From Allobaculum fili (GTDB lineage Bacteria > Bacillota_I > Bacilli_A > Erysipelotrichales > Erysipelotrichaceae), in assembly GCF_020969955.1 (NCBI RefSeq), contig NZ_JAHDSX010000021.1, forward strand, positions 8,784 to 40,783: a stretch of 32,000 nucleotides of DNA, written 5' to 3'. Shown piece by piece: positions 11,052-19,174 of this stretch; within the stretch, counting starts at the first letter, position 1; the number at the start of each line of letters is the position of its first letter. Below the pieces are notes generated by a model. It made no database searches. It had not been told where the DNA came from and saw only the letters and a list, made by a program, of their open reading frames with translations. The translations under genes and the position numbers were made by a program.

Positions 11052-12434
11052 CTATTCCCGCTTCTTTGAAGCCATCGTTTTCTGGATCTGATCCATCAGC
11101 TGTTCGCCCTGCGAGCGGGCAAACAAGGAGCAGCAGGCTTCATAGTCTTCATCATCCCAGGCTTTTTCATCCGTTAAATACAGCTGATAGCCGTTCGTAC
11201 AGGAAACAAAGTGAACACGCTTTGAATCAAAAGGCGAAATGAGCGACGAGAAGATTTCGCAGGGCAGCCCGACAAACGTCTGCGCATCCCAGCGCACAAA
11301 CGTTACATTCATTTCTCGCTTGGGTACGCCGTCATAGCTTATGGCGTAAATACAGCGTGCCTGATCAGCATCCCGTTTGACGGCGGCAAGCCGTAAAGTC
11401 AGCGGATCCAGCGGGTTTCCTGCAACGCTGGCCTGTTCCAGTTCGTTCAGATGGTTCTGACTGGCTTCCAGCCGTCTTTGCGCTTCCTGTACTGGTTTTG
11501 GGCGGGCGCTTTGAAGAACATATGTTTTTTCAAAGACCTCAATGGGTTTTACAGGCTGTTCGTTCCAGCTCAAGCCCAAAACAGCGCTTGCCAGAATGGA
11601 TCCCAGACGATCGGCTTCGTCAAAACTGGATGCTTTGCGGGTATAGCGCGTGGAAATATCGCCGCAGGCCCCGTTAAAGAAAAGAACCTGATCATACCCG
11701 GCTTCTTTCAGATGCTTGCGCGCGGCTCCATAAAAATCAGCCGATCCATATACATTGGAAGCGTTCAGAACCGTCGGATGACAGGCAAAGAAAACAAGCA
11801 GAGCCTTTTGCGCATCCGTCTCGATCTGAAGGGCGTAAAGCGCATCGTTACCAGGCAAACTCGGATCGGTACGATTGCTGCCAAGGCCTTTACAGAGCGA
11901 ATACCCGGACTGCACGTGCAAAATGCGTCCATCTTTCATCGTATTCCAGGCATCCAGGATGGCTGCGCCTACGCTTTGTGCGACGGCTTCAATCGTCTTT
12001 TCGTCGGTCTTGCAGGCAAAATACTGCGCCTGCTTCAATATTCCGGATCGGGTTTCTAAAAGGCCGCCCATGGCGGAATGTGTATGGATCGCATGTACGA
12101 TCAGCGTACGCGCCGGAAAGTTCTGGGCATCGAGCGCTGCCTGGATGGCTTCGATCAGCAGATGATCCACAGCCAGGACGTCCAGACTGGCAATCACGAT
12201 CACTTCCTCCATCTGGTTTAAAACCATGATTGAAGCCATGAGCGGATCATGACTGCCTTTCGCACTTCGCGTCTTTCCATAGCCGGCCAGCGGCGTGTCG
12301 ATCGGAAGCGAAAGTTCCCTATGGGCAACGCCGGCCTGAATGCATATTGTATTGCCGGATTTTTCTCTGATTCTGTCCGTGGAATCCATGGCGTTTTCAT
12401 CGAGTTCGCATGAGTTTTGTGTATTGGTTTTCAT
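11052..12434 (-). CDS. neutral/alkaline non-lysosomal ceramidase N-terminal-domain-like hydrolase, cytoplasmic type
   Basis: The family signature LAGYG...GSHDPLMAS...IHTHSAMGG...FFACHPTV...GACGDIS is present. There is no signal peptide. Called by motif recognition only. Confidence 0.55.
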   Translation of the reverse strand: MKTNTQNSCELDENAMDSTDRIREKSGNTICIQAGVAHRELSLPIDTPLAGYGKTRSAKGSHDPLMASIMVLNQMEEVIVIASLDVLAVDHLLIEAIQAALDAQNFPARTLIVHAIHTHSAMGGLLETRSGILKQAQYFACKTDEKTIEAVAQSVGAAILDAWNTMKDGRILHVQSGYSLCKGLGSNRTDPSLPGNDALYALQIETDAQKALLVFFACHPTVLNASNVYGSADFYGAARKHLKEAGYDQVLFFNGACGDISTRYTRKASSFDEADRLGSILASAVLGLSWNEQPVKPIEVFEKTYVLQSARPKPVQEAQRRLEASQNHLNELEQASVAGNPLDPLTLRLAAVKRDADQARCIYAISYDGVPKREMNVTFVRWDAQTFVGLPCEIFSSLISPFDSKRVHFVSCTNGYQLYLTDEKAWDDEDYEACCSLFARSQGEQLMDQIQKTMASKKRE

Positions 12435-12566
12435 ACCTTTATCTTAGCCGCAAAGCGCGCAGATGAGATCGGATTTTCGGAAGAAGGCAGCTATGAGTGC
12501 GTATGGAGCGGATCGTCGAAATCTGGCGTACTTTAAAGGAAATTTGCGATCTTTCATTCTTCCCTT

Positions 12567-12595
12567 TTGAACTTGTTTTCAATTCCCTGTACAAT
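12567..12595 (+). promoter_or_regulatory. sigma-70-type promoter candidate upstream of rpmB
   Basis: TTGAAC - 17 nt - TACAAT. This gives a leader of about 175 nt. A second, weaker candidate is TTGAAT-17-TACTAT at 12702-12730. Confidence 0.5.
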
Positions 12596-12777
12596 GTACA
12601 GCGTTTGGTAGAAATTCCCCTGATTCAGGCCTTCTCATTGCTCGGCTTGCCGAATGGAAAAGGCCCCGCCAGATTCGTCTTTGTACTTTATTTTTGAAGA
12701 CTTGAATTTGTATGGGTTGAATGTTACTATCTTTAACGACTGTTTGGACAGTCAAGACTGGAGAAGGAGGGATCAAG

Positions 12778-12969
12778 ATGTCTAGAAAGTGTGCAATCTC
12801 TGGTAAAGGACCTATGTCCGGAAACAAACGTTCTCACTCCATGAGAGCTTCCCGCCGCAAATGGAACGTAAACCTGCAGAAAGCAACTGTCATGGTGGAC
12901 GGTGAACCAAAAACAATTCGGGTTGCTGCCAGAACACTCAGAACCATGAAGAAACAGGGTACCATCTAA
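12778..12969 (+). CDS. rpmB: 50S ribosomal protein L28
   Basis: MSRKCAISGKGPMSGNKRSHSMRASRRKWNVNLQK..., 63 aa, with SD GGAGAAGGAGGG. The ORF-track start at 12721 is an artefactual extension. Confidence 0.95.
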   Translation: MSRKCAISGKGPMSGNKRSHSMRASRRKWNVNLQKATVMVDGEPKTIRVAARTLRTMKKQGTI

Positions 12970-13024
12970 TTCCTGCTCTTCCTGTGGACTGTAACATCCT
13001 AATCGAATACTGATTACATGCAAG

Positions 13025-13049
13025 AGAGGCCGCCAAGCGGTCTTTTTTT
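13025..13049 (+). terminator. rho-independent terminator of rpmB
   Basis: Short stem ggccgc-caa-gcggtc with one wobble pair, followed by a T7 run. Confidence 0.6.
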
Positions 13050-13080
13050 GTGCTTTGCTGACGGTTTCCGATGAAGCAAT

Positions 13081-13147
13081 AAAAAGCAGAAAAGGCATTC
13101 CAGAGAGGAAAAATCCTCGTTGGGATGCCTCTTTTCATGGAATGCCT
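13081..13147 (-). terminator. terminator after the adhesin locus
   Basis: 10-bp outer stem aggcattcca / tggaatgcct enclosing an inner hairpin (gagga/tcctc). It is followed on the minus strand by tttctgcttttt. Confidence 0.6.
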
Positions 13148-13224
13148 GTTTCATCCTTCCAAACTGCACGGAGAAAGCCAGATCGCTTGGTCCGACATTC
13201 TGTCCAGTCTGGATCAAAACGGCG

Positions 13225-14187
13225 TTATTTACCTTTTTGATCTTTACGATCTTTTCTGTTTTTGCGATGCAGTCCGAAAAGGGCGAGCAGCGCAGCAGCG
13301 GCGCTGATCACGGATGCGCCAAATGTTGGAAGAAGCGATGCGGCCGTATCTGGTGTGTTTGCCGCCTTGGAATCGTCTTTCGGATCCGTTTTGGGATCGT
13401 TCGTTTTGTCGTTTTTCGGATCTTCCGGCTGTTCTGGCTGTTCGGGGTCTGGAGCATTTTCTTCTTCCAGGCGGCTTGTGAGCAGGCAGTCTCTTCTCTC
13501 TTCAAGCCCAAAGGAAATAGAAGATCCGTCCGCAGAGCGTGTAAAGTCGATCGGTGTCCATGTGCCGTTTGAAAGAGCGAAAAGACGAAGCTCCGTGCCT
13601 TCTTTTCGCATCTCTTCAGGAAGACGCATTTGTGCAGGCACAGAACAGCCTGTCGATTTAGCGTTCTGGCCATTCGATCCAAAGGGATGTTCGAGCGCAA
13701 GAGAGAAAGCAAGTGCATGCTCCTCTGCATCTGGATTCGACAAATCCGGAACTTTCTCAGCGAGATCTGCGCTTCGATCCTGAATATGCAGCGTAATCGT
13801 CTGATCCTGTCCGTCCGCAATAGCCGCCATTTCCATCGCGCTGAGTTCTCCGCGATCAGCAAGAACATTCAAAATATCCTCATGCAGGGCAGACAGGGTG
13901 AAGGCAGGAAGCGCGGGATCGGTTTTCGTCTCCAGAAGGAGCTTTCCCTGTCCGATCTGGGCGGCTGCATCCTCCGTTCGATCGAAAGTCGGACCGTTAG
14001 CGGGAAGAACGACAAAGCTCTGCTTCAGTTCGCCGGTAAAGTTCTGCGTACCCTGAATGGTCAGGACATAGGCGCCGCCGGCGCTTTGGATATGGTCCTT
14101 TAACTCCAGCGTAACGAGATATTCTTTGCCGTCCTGCGCTGTATAGATCAGATCTTCAAGCGTCTGTTCGAGTTCCGTTCCGTTTTC
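13225..14187 (-). CDS. adhesin fragment 3: last repeat, Pro/Asp/Lys-rich stalk and C-terminal sorting-signal-like anchor (no independent start at its 5' end)
   Basis: Manual translation straight after the TGA gives [63 protein letters not shown].... The C-terminus is [36 protein letters not shown]: motif, hydrophobic helix and basic tail. The ORF-track start at 13872 is a TTG inside this open frame. Confidence 0.7.
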
Positions 14188-15830
14188 TCACAGCAGATCC
14201 TTGAGAGTTGCAGAAAATTCTTCAATGGATCGCGGCTCGATGGTCAGCGTTCCCTGTTCTGCTTCCAGACGATAGTTGTCCGAAAGAGCCTCCACATTTG
14301 CGGACACCGCGTATTCTCCCGCGTTTTCGCCTTCTTCTCGCGTGAATACGATCTTCGGCTTTTCCTCTTCAAACCAGCCGCTCATTTCCGCTTCAAACTG
14401 CGGATCCTTCTCGCCAAATATCTTGCTGGTATCGTTAACGCTCAGATGTACAGCGGCGGGCTGGATTTCAAAGGCTGTGGATTTTTGCGTTTCTTCCAGA
14501 ACATAGTTGGGATTGCTCAGAGCGGAAATCTGCGCTTCATAGCTGCCGGCATCGGTCTGTGCGCCCAGAACGGCGGCTTTGCAGTCATCGTTTTCGACCA
14601 GATTGCTAAGAACAGCCTGCGGATATTGCGGTTTGCCATTATAAATCAAATCGGTGTTCGGCCAGGTGACCTGCACCGTTCTTGGCGTGATGGTTAGCGT
14701 ACCGGGCTGCAGGACAAACGCGTAATCGCGGTTCGTCTGATCGCTGGCTGAAGGAGACAGCACATAGTCTCCGACCGTTTCGCCGGGCGTTCGCGTCCAG
14801 ACAATAGCCCCTGGCGTATCGCCTTCGATCAGTCCTTCTGCCTGGAAATCAAACTGCGGATCCGCTTCCCCATATACTTTGGATGCATCCTTCGCTTTCA
14901 GGATCGCCGGCTTTGGTGAAATGGAATACTCCATCCTTCCTTCATCCGCCAGTCTGTAGTTGGCGTTCGTCAGTCCAGTAATGCGGACTGTATATCCCGC
15001 TCCGGCATGAATGTGCTGACCGTCCACAATGGCTTCACACGTGTCCGTCTCCAGGACACCGTCAAGACGCACTTTGGGAGCCTGCGCCTTTCCGGAATAA
15101 ACGAGAGGATCTGCAGACCATTGGCAACGAACGTCTTTGGGTTCAATGGTGAAAACGGCGTTTTCTTCTGCGGACAGCTCATAGTTTTCCAGGCCTTCGG
15201 GCAAATCGACATGCATCGCATACGTTCCCGCATTTTCACCGGGTTCGCGTTCAACAAGAATCACATACTCGAATTCCTGGCTAAAAAGCGGATCCGCGAT
15301 GACCAGAGCCTGGTTCAGATCGGGTTCCAGATCGCCATACGTTTTTGAACGATTCTTCACCTGGATTTTCACAGGTCGTCTGGCAATGGAATAAAAACAG
15401 AAACTCTGACCGGAATCCAGTCTATAGTTCGGATTTTCGAGCGTATCAAAATAGGCCAGATAGTCCTTTCCCGCATTCTTCTCTGCACCGTTTAAATGAA
15501 GTCCCAGGGTATCTCGATCTTTCTCAATAACATTGAGGACTTCATAGTCGGGCAGCTGTTCCTGCCCGTTGTAAATCCGCTCCGCATTCGACCATTTAAA
15601 GTCCAGAACGCACCGCTCGACATGCATCTTGCCATTCATTGTCGTGATGGAATAGTCGGGGTTGGCCGCTCGATCGACTTTCACCAGAATGTCCGTCATG
15701 CCGGCATCCGGATCGGTGTTTGCGGAGACGGTTATGCCGCTCAGCGTATCGCCTTCCACCAGATCCGAAGCAGTCCAGGTCAGTTCCGGATTGGGATCTC
15801 CATACGTTTTCGTTTTATCCTCAGCGGCTA
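14188..15830 (-). repeat. divergent coding super-repeat of about 460 nt (MBG-type module pair), about 3.5 copies
   Basis: YG(D/E)..P motifs occur near 15800, 15330, 14865 and 14415. (I/V)Y(N/S)G motifs occur near 15565, 15090 and 14635. The next expected copy ([12 protein letters not shown]) falls near 14130, just beyond the TGA. Confidence 0.65.
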
Positions 15831-17250
15831 CCGCAATAGATTTCGGCTTCACTTCGATTTCGACAAGAACTCTGGATGCCGAATAATCGCCGCTCGCTTC
15901 GCTTGTAAATTCCAGGACCGCCTTTCCGGCATGATGAATCGACACGCGGCCCGTTTCATCAATGGAAACCGCGCTGCTGTCACTGGGAAGAACCCGCCAG
16001 CTCGTTTTTCCTGAGGAGGTACAGTACGGATTGAGCAGATAACTGCCGTCTCCATACGTAACGGAAATCGAATCCGGCAAATACGGCCATGCCGGTTCGA
16101 TATAGCCTGCCTTCATGTCGAAAGAAACGGATCCGGCCAGATAGTTTTCCGTTTCACTGACCGATACGGTAATGGCGGAGGATCCGTATTTCTGCCCGAC
16201 CATGTACGTCTTTCCGGCATCGCTTTCGAGTCGGATCACTTCGGGATTGGAACTCGAATAGGTATATTCTCCGTCGCCATTACACCTGACATCGATCGGA
16301 TACCGGTTGTTCAGGGCGATGTGATGACTCGAAGGCTGACTCCAGACGGGGCTGGCTTTGGTCACGGTAAAAGAATACGTAATCGGGGTATCGAGCGTAT
16401 AGCAGTCGATTCCGTCTTTGAGGACGATTTCCTGTTCGTAGTCACCGGCTGGAAGCGAAGAAGAAAGCGTGACAATCTCGCCGGTTTTCTTATTGCGAAT
16501 TGCGCCTTCCGCAAAATCATCGGCGCTTAAAAAGGCGACGTCATGGTCGTAAGCGATATCCAGATTCAGCGCCTGCGGCTCCTGTCCATACGACCAGCTC
16601 TGTCGGGAAGGCGTAACCAGCTGGGACACATCCCGCGGCGAGATTTTCAGTGTCTTTCTTATAGACTGGGCACGGTACGTATCGTTGCCCGCAAAGCGCA
16701 TTTCGATCGTATAGTCGCCGATGCCCTGCAGGCTTAACAGACCGCGTTTCAGTTCGACTTCGTTCTGATCGTCCTGGATCCAGTAATATTGAACCGGCAG
16801 TTTATAAGGATTGACGAAACTTGAGCGAATGTCGACAGGAATAATCGTGTAGTCGCGCCAGCTGTCATAGGCATCCAGATTTGGATTTTTCAGCTCGGGA
16901 TTATAGGCGAGGATCGTTCCGGATGAGCGGACATTGCACTCAAAATCGTCCAGATTCAGTCCTTCTGGATCCGCAATTTCCGCCGTCCAGGTCAGCGTAT
17001 TGACGACGCCGCGCGTCGGACTGTAGTCCGGACACGAATATGTATAGTAAATGGTTACTTCCTGACCGTTGCTTTCGCGTCGGCCTTTGCCGACAGGATT
17101 CGGCGCGTAGGTGGACTTCATCAGAGCGCTGAATGTTCGGCAGTCGCTGGCAAGATGAATATCTTCCGGAACCGGAACAATGGTCAGCTTTTCTTTTCGC
17201 GTAGGCGAAAAGACTTTTGTCAGGGTTACGGTGTTTTCACTTTCTTCCAT
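14188..17250 (-). CDS. adhesin fragment 2: Big_2-like and alternating MBG-type repeats, no signal peptide
   Basis: Big_2-like SSSNPEVIRLESDAGKTYMVGQKYGSSAITVSV. There are four K(T/V/I)(Y/F)G(D/E)..P...GE.(A/V)G.Y repeats, alternating with three (I/V)Y(N/S)G(K/Q).Q.P...NPNY repeats at a period of about 150 aa. Confidence 0.8.
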   Translation of the reverse strand: MEESENTVTLTKVFSPTRKEKLTIVPVPEDIHLASDCRTFSALMKSTYAPNPVGKGRRESNGQEVTIYYTYSCPDYSPTRGVVNTLTWTAEIADPEGLNLDDFECNVRSSGTILAYNPELKNPNLDAYDSWRDYTIIPVDIRSSFVNPYKLPVQYYWIQDDQNEVELKRGLLSLQGIGDYTIEMRFAGNDTYRAQSIRKTLKISPRDVSQLVTPSRQSWSYGQEPQALNLDIAYDHDVAFLSADDFAEGAIRNKKTGEIVTLSSSLPAGDYEQEIVLKDGIDCYTLDTPITYSFTVTKASPVWSQPSSHHIALNNRYPIDVRCNGDGEYTYSSSNPEVIRLESDAGKTYMVGQKYGSSAITVSVSETENYLAGSVSFDMKAGYIEPAWPYLPDSISVTYGDGSYLLNPYCTSSGKTSWRVLPSDSSAVSIDETGRVSIHHAGKAVLEFTSEASGDYSASRVLVEIEVKPKSIAVAAEDKTKTYGDPNPELTWTASDLVEGDTLSGITVSANTDPDAGMTDILVKVDRAANPDYSITTMNGKMHVERCVLDFKWSNAERIYNGQEQLPDYEVLNVIEKDRDTLGLHLNGAEKNAGKDYLAYFDTLENPNYRLDSGQSFCFYSIARRPVKIQVKNRSKTYGDLEPDLNQALVIADPLFSQEFEYVILVEREPGENAGTYAMHVDLPEGLENYELSAEENAVFTIEPKDVRCQWSADPLVYSGKAQAPKVRLDGVLETDTCEAIVDGQHIHAGAGYTVRITGLTNANYRLADEGRMEYSISPKPAILKAKDASKVYGEADPQFDFQAEGLIEGDTPGAIVWTRTPGETVGDYVLSPSASDQTNRDYAFVLQPGTLTITPRTVQVTWPNTDLIYNGKPQYPQAVLSNLVENDDCKAAVLGAQTDAGSYEAQISALSNPNYVLEETQKSTAFEIQPAAVHLSVNDTSKIFGEKDPQFEAEMSGWFEEEKPKIVFTREEGENAGEYAVSANVEALSDNYRLEAEQGTLTIEPRSIEEFSATLKDLL

Positions 17251-17792
17251 AAGCTGCCATCCTGAATTTCAAGGATGACCTGGGCTGTATAGATGCTGCT
17301 GTATCCGGCCCGGGCAGTTTCCGCAAGCTGTGTTCCGGAAAAATCCGACCAGCGAATCACGGCACTGGTCACACCCTCTACGGCTGTAAGCGAACGGCTA
17401 AACAAGGCGCCGGGCTCCGGATCCGTAAGAGAAGAAAGCAGCGTATTCAGATCGATCCGGACGGCTTCGTCCGAAACAGCAGGATAGGTCTGTGTTGGCA
17501 AGTGCAATCCCGAATCGACAGTATCAGCGCCGCTCTCCGCTTCACCGGATGGGGTTGGGGCTGGCGTACTAGGTTTTTCTGCAGGAACCGAAGCGTCTGC
17601 TTCCTGAAAAGCAACAGACTTTACCGCCGGCTGGGATGGGGCCGCTTCCGGGGTTGCAAAATCGGAATGAGCGGGAGCCGGTTCCGTGCTGGATTCGACA
17701 GGATCCTGTGCCTGTACAGGCAGAGCGGTCAGAATCAGCGAGCACGGAAGAAGGCAGGTTAAAAATCGGGCAAGACGATCACGTTTATTCAT
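17226..17792 (-). CDS. adhesin fragment 1: signal peptide, Pro/Ser/Ala-rich linker and first domain
   Basis: MNKRDRLARFLTCLLPCSLILTALPVQAQDP is a Sec signal with AQA-type cleavage. SD AGGAGAG lies 6 nt upstream. The fragment ends at TAA 17226-17228 and overlaps the next ORF by 25 nt in another frame. Confidence 0.7.
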   Translation of the reverse strand: MNKRDRLARFLTCLLPCSLILTALPVQAQDPVESSTEPAPAHSDFATPEAAPSQPAVKSVAFQEADASVPAEKPSTPAPTPSGEAESGADTVDSGLHLPTQTYPAVSDEAVRIDLNTLLSSLTDPEPGALFSRSLTAVEGVTSAVIRWSDFSGTQLAETARAGYSSIYTAQVILEIQDGSLWKKVKTP

Positions 17793-18190
17793 TATGTTCT
17801 CTCCTGGATCGTTCTCTATTTCAAACGATCAGTCAGAATCAGTATGCCAAGCTGCGCAATCCCAACGCACAATATCTTTTTGCTCTCTTTGCGTTTTATG
17901 ATTCAATTCGTTCATTTTTATTGAAATATACAAATCATATCTTATTAATAAACAATAATTATTTTTAACGATAACTGTTATATTTTGATCGGTTTCCCGA
18001 TTGTTCTGTTCTGTCGCTTCTCTCTTGCGCAAATTCCGGATTTTGGATGCTTCTTCTGGAAACCGTTTCGCGTACAGCGCTTTCTCCTCTTTCAAAAGCT
18101 GTGAAGCAGATCGATTTCACCTGATAAAAGTCACTTTTTGAGTACTTTTCCCTTCATAAATCGTGAATTTATTATCTTATCCATTTTAGT

Positions 18191-18218
18191 TTGTCAAATG
18201 AATCCCAGCGGTTAAAAT
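18191..18218 (+). promoter_or_regulatory. sigma-70-type promoter candidate for the SDR gene
   Basis: TTGTCA - 16 nt - TAAAAT, then SD AGGAGG at 18231-18236. Confidence 0.45.
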
Positions 18219-18242
18219 AGAAACAAATTCAGGAGGTCTCTT

Positions 18243-18974
18243 ATGTCCCAAAAAGTCGCTGTTATCACGGGCGGAACCCGCGGGATCGGTTTTGCGACCG
18301 TGGAAGCTTTCCTTGCGGAAGGCTATACCGTCGTCCTGTACGGATCCCGTAAGGAAACGGTCGACAAAGCTCTCGAAGAGCTAAACCATAATCCAAACGT
18401 TTCCGGCCGCTGGTCATCTCTCGTAGATGAAGACGCCATCGCGAAAGATTTCCAGGAAATCAAGGAGGAATTCGGCTCGCTGGATGTTCTCGTCAACAAT
18501 GCCGGCGTTTCCGACTCCACGCCTTTCCTTTCCTATACGGAAGAAAAATTTAAGAAAATTATTGATCTGAATGTCGTCGCTCCTTACGTATGCTCCCATG
18601 CTGCTGCTCTGATCATGAAAGAGCAGGGTCACGGCGTCATTCTGACGACCTCATCCATGGTCTCCAAATACGGCCAGCCTTCCGGTGTGGCGTATCCGGT
18701 TTCCAAGTTTGCGGTAAACGGCATGACCATTTCTCTGGCGCGTGAACTCGGCAAATACAACATTCGCGTCAATGCCGTCGCTCCTGGCATCACCATGACC
18801 GACATGGTCAAGGCCCTGCCGGAAAACATGATCAATCCATTGATCAGCTCCATTCCGATTCGCCGGATCGGCGAACCCGAAGACATTGCCAAAGCGTTCG
18901 TCTTCCTTGCCAGTGATCAGGCCAGCTACATCACCGGCGCCATCCTTCCTGTTGACGGCGCGATGAATACCTGA
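18243..18974 (+). CDS. SDR-family oxidoreductase (FabG-like 3-oxoacyl reductase type)
   Basis: TGGTRGIG cofactor motif, NNAGV, and the S...YPVSK catalytic triad context. Length 243 aa. Confidence 0.9.
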   Translation: MSQKVAVITGGTRGIGFATVEAFLAEGYTVVLYGSRKETVDKALEELNHNPNVSGRWSSLVDEDAIAKDFQEIKEEFGSLDVLVNNAGVSDSTPFLSYTEEKFKKIIDLNVVAPYVCSHAAALIMKEQGHGVILTTSSMVSKYGQPSGVAYPVSKFAVNGMTISLARELGKYNIRVNAVAPGITMTDMVKALPENMINPLISSIPIRRIGEPEDIAKAFVFLASDQASYITGAILPVDGAMNT

Positions 18975-19023
18975 GCTGCTGACTATCGCTAAAAAACAGT
19001 TCATTCCAGCCAGACAATACAAA

Positions 19024-19068
19024 ACCGCCCGTCCTGCATAAACGCTGCGCAGAACGGGCGGTTTTTGT
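19024..19068. terminator. bidirectional terminator between the SDR gene and the convergent membrane-protein gene
   Basis: Stem accgcccgt / acgggcggt (extendable), with AAAA upstream and TTTTTGTTT downstream. Confidence 0.8.
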
Positions 19069-19174
19069 TTCAGAAAAGAAGAAAGCTCTGGCGGATTTGA
19101 GCCAGAACAGCCGATTCATTCGGACGTATAAAGCGGCGATACGGATCTGAATCTTCGTGCGACGCAAGACGTAC

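Larger units (their letters stand above)
13225..17792 (-). pseudogene. large LPXTG-like-anchored MBG/Big_2-repeat surface adhesin, interrupted by one frame change and one in-frame TGA (or a recoded gene, or an assembly error)
   Basis: Three collinear ORFs have complementary parts. The signal peptide occurs only in 17226-17792. The repeat body (14188-17250) has no signal peptide. The sorting-signal-like tail occurs only in 13225-14187. Body and tail are in the same frame, separated by a single TGA. One RBS at 17793+ and one terminator at 13081-13147 bracket the whole locus. Confidence 0.6.

Noticed and set aside
13340-13460. Repetitive-looking DNA near the adhesin 3' end (a similar tract occurs at 5480-5620)
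   Set aside because: It encodes low-complexity Pro/Glu/Asp/Lys linker peptides ([25 protein letters not shown] and PE/PA-rich respectively). It is compositional bias within coding sequence, not a repeat element.
14188-14190. TGA in the adhesin as selenocysteine, or as evidence for an alternative genetic code (TGA = Trp or Gly)
   Set aside because: rsgA, the SDR gene and the membrane-protein gene all end at TGA at plausible C-termini, so TGA is a genuine stop here. No SECIS-like hairpin is evident just downstream, and no selenium-related genes are in the window.
17829-18095. 88-aa ORF upstream of the adhesin
   Set aside because: It has a TTG start and no RBS, and it spans the very AT-rich promoter-like tract (17900-17990). 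It is probably non-coding.
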